DNA of 64,000 nucleotides from Octopus sinensis (GCF_006345805.1 NC_043015.1:20088001-20152000); one strand, 5' to 3'. Shown: positions 1 through 13,920, numbered from the stretch's first letter. Numbers and translations: made by a program. The notes: generated from the sequence alone by a model not told the origin.

Positions 1-933
1 TTCCTCATTATTTTGAAAATAAAATACAGAATGCAGAAAATGTATTTTTGTTAGAAATATAGTTGCCAAAGAATTAAGAGATCTGTATACCTCATTTCCA
101 ACACTGCATCCCAAGGAATATCCAAGTTGATAACCATCTTCTTGACCCTTTTCAGTACCATGGTTCAAACCAGCCAAATAACCTGCCTTCACAGAACTGT
201 GAGAAAAGAAGGGCCTCATTAAAAATTGGAAACATCATCAGAAGTTAAAATTTACACAAAGATAGACATTCACATATATATATATACATATTGTCTTTGT
301 TTCAGTGACTGGACTGCAGTCATGCTAGGGTACCATACTGAAGTGTTTAAGTCAAACAAATTGACCCCAGTACTTTTTTGAAGACTGATATATATTCTAT
401 CAGTCTCTTTTACCAAACCACTAAGTTATGGGGATGTAAATAAACCAACACTGGTCGTCAATCACCGGTGTGGGGGTATGAGTTACATGGACACAAAGAC
501 ACACATGACGGACTTTGTCCTCATTCATTATATTTCCCACTCTCTCACTTCTACTCACCTTGTACCTTGAGGCTCCACCCAGACACCTGATCGCCACCAT
601 CTTTATCTCTTCTCAACCCCATCCTAATCACCCCACATATCAACCACAAGGTTCACCCTTGTTTGGCACCCACTACTTTCACCACCACCCTCATATACAA
701 CCATCTGTCACTCTTATATTCTTATGAAATTATCAAACCCTTCTCCCCCACCCCGGTCCACTGTCCGGATGCCATTTCGTCGCCAACCTTCACTAGTTTC
801 CTAAGAAGGTTATGTTTACTTCCTCCCACCACCATACGACTGGACATGTTTTCAAGGAAGACTGGAAACGAATGACACCGCTCGTACAACAGTAATATTT
901 ACAACTATCACGCAATATCATACATATATATCA

Positions 934-2740
934 TCATCATCATCATCATCATCATTTAGCGTCCGTTTTCCATGCTAGCATGGGTTGGACGGTTCAACTG
1001 GGGTCTGGGGAGCCCGAAGGCTGCACCAGGCCAGTCAGATCTGGCAGTGTTTCTACAGCTGGATGCCCTTCCTAACGCCAACCACTCCGAGAGTGTAGTG
1101 GGTGATTTTATGTGCCACCGACACAGGTGCCAGACGAGGCTGGCGAACGGCCACGCTCGGATGGTGTTTTTATGTGCCACCGACACAGGTGCCAGACGAG
1201 GCTGGCAGACGGCCACGCTCGGATGGTGTTTTTATGTGCCACCGACACAGGTGCCAGATGAGGCTGGCAGGTGCCAGACGAGGCTGGCAGACGGCCACGC
1301 TCGGATGGTGTTTTTATGTGCCACCGACACAGGTGCCAGATGAGGCTGGCGGACGGCCACGATCGGATGGTGTTTGTTACGTCCCCAAAGCACGGAGGCC
1401 AGTCTATGCGGTACTGGCTACGGCCACGTTCGGATGATTTTCTTGTGTGCCACCGGCACTGGTACCACAAAGATACAAATTCCATTTATGCTCATCTATT
1501 TTGGTTTGTTTTGATTTGATTTGATTTTCACTTGCCTCAACAGGTCTTCACAAGTGTCACTTGCCTCAACAGTTCTTCACAAGTGTCACAAGAAGGAAGG
1601 TATGCACAGGTGGACTGTCTACGTCGCCGGGTCTTCGGATGGTGTCTTTATGTGCCACCGACACAGGTGCCAGATGTGGCTGGCGAACGGCCACGATCGG
1701 ATGGTTTTCTTGTGTGCCACCGGTACTGGAACCACAAAGATACAAATTCCATTGATGTTCATCTATTTTGATTTGTTTTGATTTTCACTTGCCTCAACAG
1801 GTCTTCACAAGTGTCACGCGTGTCCTTGTGTGCCACCGGTACTGGAACCACAAAGATACAAATTCCATTGATGTTCATCTATTTTGATTTGGTTTGATTT
1901 TCACTTGCCTCAACAGGTCTTCACAAGTGTCACGCGTGTCACACACTTGCCTCAACAGGTCTCCACAAGTGTCACACACTTGCCTCTGCCTCAACAGGTC
2001 TTCACAAGTGTCACACACTTGCCTCTGCCTCAACAGGTCTTCACAAGTGTCATAAGAGGGAAGGTATGCACAGGTGGACTGACTACGTCGCCGGGTCTTG
2101 GATGGTGTTTTTATGTGCCACCGACACAGGTGCCAGGTGAGGCTGGCGAACGGCCACGATCAGATGGTGTTTGTTGTGCCCACAGCACGGAGGCCAGTCG
2201 ATGCGGTACCAGCTACGGCCACTTCGGATGGTTTTCCTGTGTGCCACCGGTACTGGAACCACAAAGATACAAATTCCATTGATATTCATCTATTTTGATT
2301 TGGTTTGATTTTTGATTTTTGATTTTCACTTGCCTCAACAGGTCTTCACAAGTGTCACCACTTGCCTCAACAGGTCTTCACAAGTGTCATAAGAGGGAAG
2401 GTATGCACAGGTGGACTGACTACGTCGCCGGGTCTTCGGATGGTGTCTTTATGTGCCACCGGCACAGGTGCCAGATGAGGCTGGCGAACGGCCACGATCG
2501 GATGGTGTTTGTTGTGCCCACAGCACGGAGGCCAGTCGATGCGGTACTGGTTACGGCCACGTTTGGGTGGTTTTCTTGTGTGCCACCGCACTGGTACCAC
2601 AAAGAATACAATTCCACTGATGTTCATCTATTTTGATTTGTTTTGATTTGATTTGATTTTCACTTGCCTCAACAGGTCTTCATAAGTGTCACAAGAAGGA
2701 AGGTATGCACAGGACTGACTACGTCCCAGGTCGGGGCCAC
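934..2740 (-). mobile_element. RTE-tailed retroposon with hierarchically amplified internal modules
   Basis: The 3' end at 934-1105 matches the family seen at 52040-52410 and 57855-58185 (ggcgttaggaagggcatcc ... ccaacccatgctagcatggaaaacggacgctaaa(tga)n). Upstream are repeated 62-bp and 31-bp modules nested in ~300-380 bp super-units. Confidence 0.8.
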
Positions 2741-3914
2741 GGGTTATGGCCTGGGTACAGTTGTAGTTTAACACGTATTCCAATACAATACACAACTAGT
2801 TTCAGTGTCTATATAACATGTAATTATGATAAAATGTTACCATAATCCACTCACAAGGGTTTTGTTGGCCCAGTGATGAAGCAGAATATACTTGCTCAAG
2901 GTGCCAACGCAATCGGACTGGATCCAAAACCATGTGGTTAGGAAGCAAGAAGTCTTTTGACGAGATGCAAGAACTGTGTGTATTATGGACGTCAATACTT
3001 AACATATGAAAGAGAAAGAAGCTCAGGATTTAATACATGAAATAGGAATAGAAGTGATGCAAGGTCTCCCTTATAAACCACACCATGTTTTCATATACGA
3101 TGAACAAATTAATTACAAAAGGTGGAAGAAGTGCTTGTGTTGTATGTTTAAATATTTGAGGAAAATAAGATAAAGGGATAGAGACGAACCGAGCTTTTAC
3201 GCAATTGACATGTTAGAAATAGCAGCCGAATCTCCATGAATACAACCCCATCGTCTTTCATAAAAGGACACATTGCACAGACAGGTCCCTGATATACAAA
3301 AAGATGGGGATAGTCATGCCTGGAACGCCTAGATTTGTGTCTCCTCAACGAGGTTTGATCTGTGGCGATTAATCAACAATAACAATGTTGGGCAGAGGAA
3401 ATAAATAAAAATACTCGAAAACCAATTACATTAATTAAATATTCTACCATAATTACATATGTTATATAGACACTGAAATACTAGTTTTTCTTCTTACTAA
3501 TATATTTTTAAATATATTCTTACTAATATATATTTAAAAACCAATTTTCTTTATTTACTAATCTGTAATTACGCAAAGACCAGATTAACATACGGTACAG
3601 TTGTAGTTTAACACGTAAAACTCATATCAAATTAAATCCAACAGAAACTTTAAAAATTACATCATTCTGGCATTATTTAGTTGCTAATCATTACAATTTC
3701 GTATGTTTCGCAACGCAATTAGCAACATTTGGATGGTTTATGGCTTATTCTTCGTTTGGTTCCATATGAAAATTGAACACATTAAACGACAATTATGCCT
3801 CTTCTTTTCGACTCTTATTAATTAATATATATATGTATTATTATCGTTTTCGCATCGGTTGCTCTTATTTGAATTCGAGCAATTAAAAATAAAAATAAAA
3901 TAAAAAGAAAATAG

Positions 3915-4245
3915 TTACAAGAAGCTTGCTTCGTAACCACATGGTTTTAGGTTCAGTCCCGAAGTATCTTCTCCTGTAGCCCCAAGTCAACCAAAGCCTT
4001 GTGAAGTGGATTTGGTGTGTGTGTACCTTTGTGTTTGTGCCCCACCACCGCTTAACAACTGGTGTTGGTTTGTTTACGTCTCCACAACTAGCATTTCGGC
4101 AAAAAGAAACCGGTTGAATATGTACCTTACTTATAAAGAAATAAAAAGTAGTGGAGTCGATTTTCGATTAGTTTGACTAAAATTCCTTCAAGGTTGTGCC
4201 CCAGCATGGCCGCAGTCCACTGTCTGAAACAAGTAAAAGATAAAA
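3915..4245 (+). mobile_element. tRNA-derived CORE-type SINE (family A)
   Basis: ggttcagtccc B-box-like head, ccaaagccttgtgaagtggatttgg body, ...cagcatggccgcagtc...gaaacaagtaaaaga tail. Many copies in the window. Confidence 0.85.
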
Positions 4246-4269
4246 TACAAAATAAAAAAAAGAGCAAAC

Positions 4270-4372
4270 CTTTCTTCTTGCATCACAACAGACTCAAAAA
4301 TATCGACATCATTAGGAACATCATTGATGTGGATGTTCTCGACAGACATAGTGGTGACTGAGACAACCAAAT
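4270..4372 (-). CDS. Candidate isolated coding exon of an unidentified gene
   Basis: Acceptor tttaccgttcacag|AT and donor AAG|gtttgc. Only one frame is open: (D)LVVSVTTMSVENIHINDVPNDVDIFESVVMQEE(R). Non-repetitive sequence among repeats; no family recognised. Confidence 0.45.
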
Positions 4373-4839
4373 CTGTGAACGGTAAACGACGAGGCAGGGA
4401 ACCCTACCGGATGTTATCTAACAAGTACAGGGTGGGTTATCTACATTTGTTTAAAAAAATCTAAATGAATTTCGTTGAATTTGGATGCAAGTACTATATA
4501 AACATCAAATTATTAACAAAACTTATTGAAAATATAAGTTAAAATCTAAAACGAAAAAAGATTTTCGTATTCTTTCAAAAATAATTTAATATAACTATAT
4601 TTATCAAAATTATGCAAATCAGGTAACCTTGTGTTTATAATTACAATGCTTATTGTAGTATATATACAAATTCCATAACTGATGCTATTGTGTTGCAAAA
4701 AAGGAGAGACGGTTAGCACTCCCCTTGACAAGGACGGAAGAGATCAATCGATCTTTCTAACACATATGGGCATTGCTCTCTACTTCAGAGCAACCTATTT
4801 TTTCTTTTCGCTTCTACTTTGCGTTCCTGCACACGTCGT

Positions 4840-5185
4840 TTCTATTTATCTTTTACTTGTTTCAGCCACTGAACTGCGGCCATGCTGGGGCACCGCTTTG
4901 TATTGTTCCGTCGAACAAACTAACTGCAGAATTTTTTTCCATCGCTTTGCTTTTGCTGATCCACTAAGTTACTGAAACTTTAATTAACCAACACCGGTTA
5001 TTAAGAGGTGGTGGGACACACACACACGCACGCAGACGACAGGTTTCTTTCCGTTTCCGTTTACCAAATCCAGTTCCAAGACTTTGGCCGACCTGCGGCT
5101 ATTCTAGAAGATACTAGGTGCCATGAAGTGCGACTGAACCCGGAACAATGTTGATGGAAAGCAAACTTGTTACCACACCGCCGCG
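4840..5185 (-). mobile_element. Family A SINE
   Basis: Reverse copy with head and tail present; CpGs retained. Confidence 0.85.
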
Positions 5186-5220
5186 TCAGCAATGCATACA
5201 TATATTCTGTTTTGGCATAC

Positions 5221-5950
5221 CTACACAAGTGTGCCCTCCTTGAATTTGTTTCCTCATAACTTGCAGAAAAATAGATATTTTCCAATGAAAATTTCTACAA
5301 ATAAGCTTCAGATGGTGTAGATTACTATTATATCGGAATTTAATGTGAAACATTTTTTTTCCAAGCGCAGGCTAGGAGGTTTCGGAAAATTCTCGGATTT
5401 ATTTCTTCGTAACTTTCAGAAAAATGTGTAGTTTTTAGTGAAATTTTCTAAAAGATACCATTCGAATGGTGTAGATTACGATTTTATCCGAAATTTAATG
5501 TGGAAAAAAAAAATTGCTGGGCATGTACACATACATACTGATACACATTACAATTTTTTTTTTTTTTCGAAATTTCGAGTTTCATTTTGCAGATATAAGT
5601 TATGCGTATCAATATGTTTGTGTGTGAGGCAACCATAAAAAAAAATATATATATATTAAATTCCGATAAAACTGTAATCTACACACTCTGAAAGGTATCT
5701 GTAGAAAAATTCTTAAAAAATTACCCATTTTTCTGAAAGTTATGAGGAAACAAATCCAACCCTTTGTGAATTTTCAGAAACTCCTCTCCCCACCCTCGGA
5801 AAAATTTTCCACCACAAATTCCGATATGATCGGGATCTACATCAGCTGAAGTGTATTTGTCGAAAATTTCATTAAAAGATACCCATTTCTCCCGCGCCCT
5901 CTAAAAGTTATGAGGGAACAAATTCGGAGCGGGAGCACTCTTGTGTTGGC
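5221..5950. mobile_element. Foldback/MITE-like element with long modular inverted arms
   Basis: Left arm ctacacaagtgtgccctccttgaatttgtttcctcataac is the reverse complement of right arm gttatgagggaacaaattcggagcgggagcactcttgtgttgg. Each ~300 bp arm has two ~150 bp sub-repeats. Confidence 0.7.
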
Positions 5951-5964
5951 AGGTTTCTTTTTTT

Positions 5965-6305
5965 TAACTTTTTGTCATTGAACTGCGGCCATGCTGGAAC
6001 ACCGCCTTGAAAGATTTAGTCGAATAATTCATTACTTGTTATTTTTTTAAAGTCTGGTATTTATTCTATCAGTTCCTTTTGTCAATCCGCTAAGTTACAA
6101 GAACGTTAATTAATCAATCCTGGTTATCTCGCGGTTGAAGGACGAGCAGAAATACACAACGGGCTTCCACACAGTTTTCGTCTTCCCGTCTTTCAAATTC
6201 ACTCTCAAAGCATTGGTCGGGTCACGGGTATTGTAGAAGAGGTGCTGCGCAGGAGAGGAGGGGGTTAATCCGAAACCTCGTGGTTGCAAAGAGAGCTTCG
6301 TAACC
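5965..6305 (-). mobile_element. Family A SINE, divergent
   Basis: gaactgcggccatgctggaacaccgcc ... cattggtcgg ... gtattgtagaaga, reverse of the family A consensus. Confidence 0.75.
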
Positions 6306-6519
6306 TCACAGACATACCTGCACCCAGATTAGTATTATAGTTTAAGATAAACATTAACCTTATACAATACAAGATCAATTCTAGAGACAGTCTAAATACA
6401 TACTTAAAATAAAATAAAATAAAATATGAAAATTAAAGAACTAAATTGTATTTAACAGATTCAATTTAATACATTTCTAAAGCAGGGTCTGCTTGATATT
6501 TATTAACCCATTTAAATTC

Positions 6520-6860
6520 ATAAAACATCGTACTGCGCCATGTATACAGCTCTCCTGCTCCAACCTTACTGCATCGGCCGCAAACTCGGGTATCGTCACC
6601 CGTAACACAGAGGGGAGAAAGACTATCAAGTGCAGGAGTCTGACCAGCCGCTATCAGTTTGTGTCGGTCACCATCGAGACCTCAAGTATTCTGGGACCCT
6701 GTACTGCAAATTTCCTCCACAAAATCGGGATAACTGCGGCTCATCTGAGCAGTGAGCCACGCGAGGTGTTGGTACCTGTTGTAGCTAGTGTCGCCGACCA
6801 TTCTCCTCGTTAACACATTTGTAATTATGACCATGAGGCGCAGCGAAATGCCATTTGTTC
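6520..6860 (+). pseudogene. Decayed C-terminal restriction-like endonuclease region of a CRE-clade non-LTR retrotransposon
   Basis: EGRKTIKCRSLTSRYQFVSVTIETSSILGPCTANFLHKIG...EPRE, then a frameshifted WYLL*LVSPTILLVN. This follows the E-x-x-K-x-x-KY...F-x-P-x-x-x-ET-x-G...QR-x-S-x-x-I-x-RGN pattern of CRE elements. Confidence 0.7.
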
Positions 6861-7715
6861 TGGGGCCTACAACCCATTACTCTATCTCCCTTATCTTCGA
6901 CTGCTTAGTTCCCCCCACCACTTATTTTCCCGTTGTTTCCGTGGTGAGATGGACTTTTAGTGAGCTTTTAGCTTTTAGTTCTCCCATCCACCTGATAATT
7001 TGGTCTTTTATACTTTTAATGTTATTTTTTTTGTCTTTCTGTAAAAATCTTATTACAATATTCAAATCACTAGCCCTTTTGTTTTCCTCCCCCGGATCTC
7101 ACAAAAAAACACATATAGCCAACAGCAGACCCAAAAGTGATGCCCCATTAAAAGTGCGGCCCAGGGCAGACCGCACCCATCGCCTCCCTCCCGTTAGCTA
7201 CGCTACTGATTCAAATAGTTAATAGAATATTATGTTTATAGGATGAAAATTAAATGAAGAGAAGTATAGAACATGGTTTATTTAACTGTTATAATCACGA
7301 TTATTAATTAGAAATATATTTAAAAAATTCTAAAAGAGAGTATGTGTAATTTTCATTGATTTACATAAAAAATGCAAAGAATAAAATAGTTTAAATACAC
7401 TGCGTAAAAATTAATCACTTTTAATGAATGCAGCATAGTACACAATATTGCACAGTACACCTGGATTTGTGGTTGCGGGATTAGAGATCCGTTAGTATAT
7501 ATAACTATAATCATCGAGTCTGTCATTCAAACCATTATATTTATAATTTTCCCCCCGACTTCCAAGGGGACATAATTAAGAATTTACTTAAGAGTTTTAC
7601 AGTTGTTTCCCTTCAACTATTAAACTTCTCAAGTTTGCATCCAATAGAACATCTATATGAAGCGTCCCAGCCGTAACCTTTTCGTTTCTTTTCAAGCAAA
7701 TGTAATTTATATTAC

Positions 7716-8101
7716 ACTAGCAGTATCGCCCGGCGTTGCTCGGGTTTGTAAGGGAAATAACTATATAAGCATTTTTAGAGAGTTATAGCCAAAAAATAGC
7801 AAAAAAATGGGAAAAAAATGATGGTAAATTTTTTTTAAATCGTTGACTCATCGTAGACATTTTTAGAGAGTTACTTCCCTTATATAATAGCGAAAAAATG
7901 CATTAAAATGGAAAAAAAGATGGTAAATTTTTTTTTAATCGTAGACTCATCGTAGACGCGCGCTAATACCCAGAAGGGCTCGATATGAATCACGACTATA
8001 AGATACCCGGTTTTGGTTAAACTGCACCGCAAAATGTGGGAGTAGTTAGGAATCTAAATTGAAGGGGACAGACACACAACTTGATTTTTATATATAAAGA
8101 T
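7716..8101 (+). mobile_element. Non-autonomous Helitron-like element (Lep1/DINE-1-like architecture)
   Basis: Starts actagcagtatcgcccggcgttgctcggg (subterminal stem) and ends acagacacacaacttgatttttatatataaagat. The 5' ~100 bp is shared with 11830. Confidence 0.65.
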
Positions 8102-8214
8102 TATATTCTCTAATGTCTCCTTCCTTTATTTTGATACGATTGTATGAATTAAAGGAAATTTAGCTGCTATTTTTGTTGGCTGAGAGATAGGAGAGACGCC
8201 CACTCGTAATGTTA

Positions 8215-8400
8215 GTTCCAGATTTTGGCACAAGGCCAGCAATTTTAGGCGGGGAGGGGGTTAAGTCGATTGCATCGACCTCGATGCTCAACTGGTGATT
8301 ATTTTATCGACCCTGAAAGGATGAAAGGCAAAGTTAACCCTGGCGAACGAAATGCCACGAAGCATTTTCCCCGACGAGCTCATGATTCTGCTAGCCGTGT
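8215..8400 (-). mobile_element. tRNA-derived SINE (family B)
   Basis: ggcacaaggccagc ... atcgaccctgaaaggatgaaaggcaaag ... gattctgc, reverse of the family B consensus. Confidence 0.8.
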
Positions 8401-9015
8401 GGCTCGCTCTGCGGCATAAATACAGGTGTAAGCCCCACACCCACCAACATTGAACTTTGTTTCCTCATAACTTTCTTGAAAATCTTTTGTTCTTTATCTT
8501 TTACTTGTTTTAGTCTTGAATAGTCGGACAAATCGATCCCGGTACACATTCGTTTTTAAAACACCGTCTGGCACTTACTCTATTTCCCGCTCTTGGCCGA
8601 ACCGCGAGGCTATGGGGATGCAAACAAACCAACAGCAGTTGTCAAGCAATGGTGGAAGACACATCCAGACACATACATACATATCACACACACACACACA
8701 CACTCGCCCATTATTAACTTAGCTCTTTTCGTTAATTCCAACATGCCTGATTATCAATTTTTCTTCCTACACCTACACCATCGCCTCAAACTTTACCTAA
8801 CCATTAATTCAGATACGTTTTTTTTCCATCTCGTTTTTTTTCCTGTCCTCATTTCTACTTGTAGAAGAGCGTAGTAGGCTCGAAACAGAAAAGACTTTTT
8901 CCATTTTTACTGAATGCCACAATAATACACCCTATTTGTTGTTCCTTTACCTGCCTATTTGTCATGTATACGCGCGCGCGTGTGTATGTGTGTCAAAGAA
9001 CACAAATGGGATTTA

Positions 9016-9104
9016 ATATTTTCGACAGCTGTTTCGGTAGGATTTTATTGATGTATTCGTAAATTACGTCATAGCATACAAACAACCATCTTCAGGTAAA
9101 ATAA
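9016..9104 (-). ncRNA. Minimal type-I hammerhead ribozyme motif, canonical C3:G8 core
   Basis: Minus strand UAUUUUAC-CUGAAGA-U-GGU...ACC-GAA-ACAGCUGU-C-GAAAAUA. Palindromic stem III, GUC triplet, stem I with one bulge. Confidence 0.75.
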
Positions 9105-9475
9105 TAAATAGGTATAAACAAGGGCGATGATACCTCGATGAGTCCAACCAACGTTGAATAAGTGGCATTTTAAAAAATAGCATTCGAATTTATAGAGAAA
9201 ATAGAACGAATGGCGAAACCGGGCATGCGAAAAGCAAAAAGATCAAATGAGTCAGTTGTTTCAAAGCAGTTATCTTAATTTATCTTGGCAAATGAGGACA
9301 TACGAGAAATACAGATATGCTATGGCCGAAAGACGTCCTTAGGCAATTAAAACCAGAAAGATATCTCGTCAGTTAAGTGAGATAACAGGAAGCAAACCTC
9401 GGAGCAGCAGAAAGTCATAAAACTGTTATCGCTTTTTCACACATGTACACACACATACACACATTAATACACACG

Positions 9476-9994
<519 letters not shown>

Positions 9995-10043
9995 TGGAAA
10001 AAAAGTCAAGATAGAAAATGCTAAAATAATTTTATAAAAAACA

Positions 10044-10085
10044 TTTCAGTACCGGTTTCAGTCATTGAAACTTTTTCAACTGTAA
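10044..10085 (-). ncRNA. Minimal type-I hammerhead motif, U3:A8 core variant
   Basis: UUACAG-UUGAAAA-AGU(UUCAAUG)ACU-GAA-ACCGGU-A-CUGAAA. All three stems are in register, with a GUA triplet. Confidence 0.6.
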
Positions 10086-10234
10086 GTATGGAAAACAATT
10101 AAATTTGGAAAAATTAAAAGAAAAGTTTTTTTAAAAGAATATTTGTATAGCGTGCAAATACAAGTGGCATTTTCCTTGTTTCTGCCTGTCTCTGTCTCTC
10201 TTGTGTGTTCGATGTCATTGTGAATTCTTAGTAG

Positions 10235-10390
10235 GGAAGAAGAAGAAAAAGAAGAAGAAGAAGAAGAAGCAGAAGAAGAAGAAGAAGGGGGAGGAGGAGG
10301 AGAAGAAGAAGAAGGAGGAGGAGGAGAAGAAGAAGAAGAAGAAGAAGAAGAAGAAGAAGAAGAAAAGAAGAAGAAAAAGAAGAAGAATGT
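10235..10390 (+). repeat. (GAA)n/(GAG)n purine tract
   Basis: Direct inspection; produces spurious poly-K/E/L ORFs. Confidence 0.95.
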
Positions 10391-10599
10391 GGGAGTGCCA
10401 TGACAGTATTATGTTGAATGGTCAGCTGCTCTGCCTCTAAAATGACCCGCTGTGGATGGTAGTAGTCACTGTTCAATTCATGAAACATCTCTTTTGGATG
10501 AATGCTTTGTGTATAAAGTTTGCGTAGGTGTTATTCTAAATAGCAATAGTGGTAAAGTTAGGAAGGAGACAAAGAAGAAGAAGAAGGAAAAGGAAGAGA

Positions 10600-11060
10600 A
10601 AGGAGAATAAGAAGGAATGTTGGTAGTGTGAAGGTAGTAAGGTGTTAAATGTTTGAATGACTTAAAATTGGCTCGTTATGGATTATAGCAGTGATTGGGT
10701 CTGTTTTCTAATGAATACTTGGGAATCTCTTGAGTGTATCCTTTTTAATATTTGCGTGTGTATTCGTGTTATTCTAAGGCCGTGGTGAATATATCGTTTG
10801 TCGTAGACGCGTTCAAAAGGGGTCAGTATTTTGTAATAAAGAGAGTCTCTTTACTAATTCGTTGGCTCCAGATTGTATCGTCCGTGAATTGGTGGAGGAA
10901 AAAAATTCTGAAGCTTGGATTTTTGTTATTGGCGCAAATGTCTATGTGTTGGCTGAATGCTATTTTTCTGTTTTGGGAAATTTTCATCTGGGATCTGTGC
11001 AGAGCCATTCTTTTACATAGACTGTTCTTTGTTTGGCCTATGTATTGCTCTTGACAATCA
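10600..11060 (-). pseudogene. Penelope-like element GIY-YIG endonuclease remnant
   Basis: CQEQYIGQTKNSLCKRMALHRSQ...SKETLFITKY fits the YIGQT-x-x-x-L-x-x-R-x-x-x-H and E-x-x-FI-x-x-Y-x-P-x-LN pattern. Confidence 0.8.
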
Positions 11061-11087
11061 TGTATATATATATGTAAAGACATTATC

Positions 11088-11790
11088 ATAAAAGCGGTCG
11101 ACAAGGGTGGAGCCGTGGTGATGTGGTGCGCAGACCTCTACAAGGCTGAAGCTCTTCGCCAACTTCAAAACACCTCCTTCTATTGCCCTCGGCCTTCCAA
11201 CGCCTAGCTACCAACAGACTGTGTTCTCCACTATCCATGACCTCATCTCCTCCACCCGTTCCCCTCCTACCGCCTCCAACCTCATTGTCCGCACTCTTTG
11301 CAACCCCACCATTTACTCCCTTCCCCAAATCCACAAACCCAAGAACCCTGGCCGCCCTATCGTCTCAGTCTGTAACAGCCCCACAGAATTGATCGCAAAA
11401 TACCACGACCATGACCTTGCCTCCTAGTGGCTTCCCTCCCCTCACACATACACGACACTAACCATGTTCTTCGTCTTTTCATATCTCTTTCTCCTTTCCT
11501 ACTGGCCCCTCTAAACTTCTCTTCACTCTTGATATCAAAAATCTATATACGGTGAGCCCACACCACGAAGGATTTCTTGTCCTCAAACACCTCCTAGACC
11601 TTCGACCCAAAACCCAATCTGACACATCCACACTTCGTCTGCCCGAACTTGTTCTCTCCCTCAGGTACTTCTCGTTAGCGGGGGAGTTTTACCGTCCAGT
11701 CTCGGGAGTGGCCATGGGAACGAGGATGGGCCCCAACTATGCGAACCTGTTCATTGGCTGCATTGAGGCCCAAGTATTTTCAAGATTCAC
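11088..11790 (+). pseudogene. Penelope-like element reverse transcriptase remnant
   Basis: K-x-x-DKGGAVV...IYSLPQIHKPKNPGRPIVS...LFTLDIKNLYT...GVAMGTRMGPNYANLFIG, with frameshifts. Truncated by (TA)n and a Helitron-like insertion. Confidence 0.92.
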
Positions 11791-11799
11791 TATATATAT

Positions 11800-13640
<1,841 letters not shown>

Positions 13641-13648
13641 TCTTGCCT

Positions 13649-13708
<60 letters not shown>

Positions 13709-13810
13709 ATATATAATATATATATATATATGCATGCATGTATGTATACAATTATAATATAAAAGGATAATAAGGTTAACAATTTTATCAGTGACCAGCA
13801 TATCAAAAAT

Positions 13811-13888
13811 AGACCAGAATTTTCGACTCAAATAAAATATTACAAACTACACCAAATCGTTGTTAGACTATCATCATCAGTGGAGTCT
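13811..13888 (-). ncRNA. Minimal type-I hammerhead motif, canonical core
   Basis: AGACUCCA-CUGAUGA-U-GAU...GUC-GAA-AAUU-C-UGGUCU. Palindromic stem III AAUU, UUC triplet, stem I with a 2-nt bulge. Confidence 0.65.
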
Positions 13889-13920
13889 CGACCGACTGGT
13901 TTGTACTAGCGTCGTATAAG

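Noticed and set aside
1529-1640. HDV-like, twister or hammerhead fold in the family C 5' modules
   Set aside because: Hairpins exist, but I could not map a P1/P1.1 pseudoknot, the twister conserved nucleotides, or a GAAA after the stem.
1105-2740. CRISPR-like repeat array
   Set aside because: The sequences between repeats are themselves repeated, spacing is irregular, there are no cas genes, the context is eukaryotic, and modules match a dispersed retroposon family.
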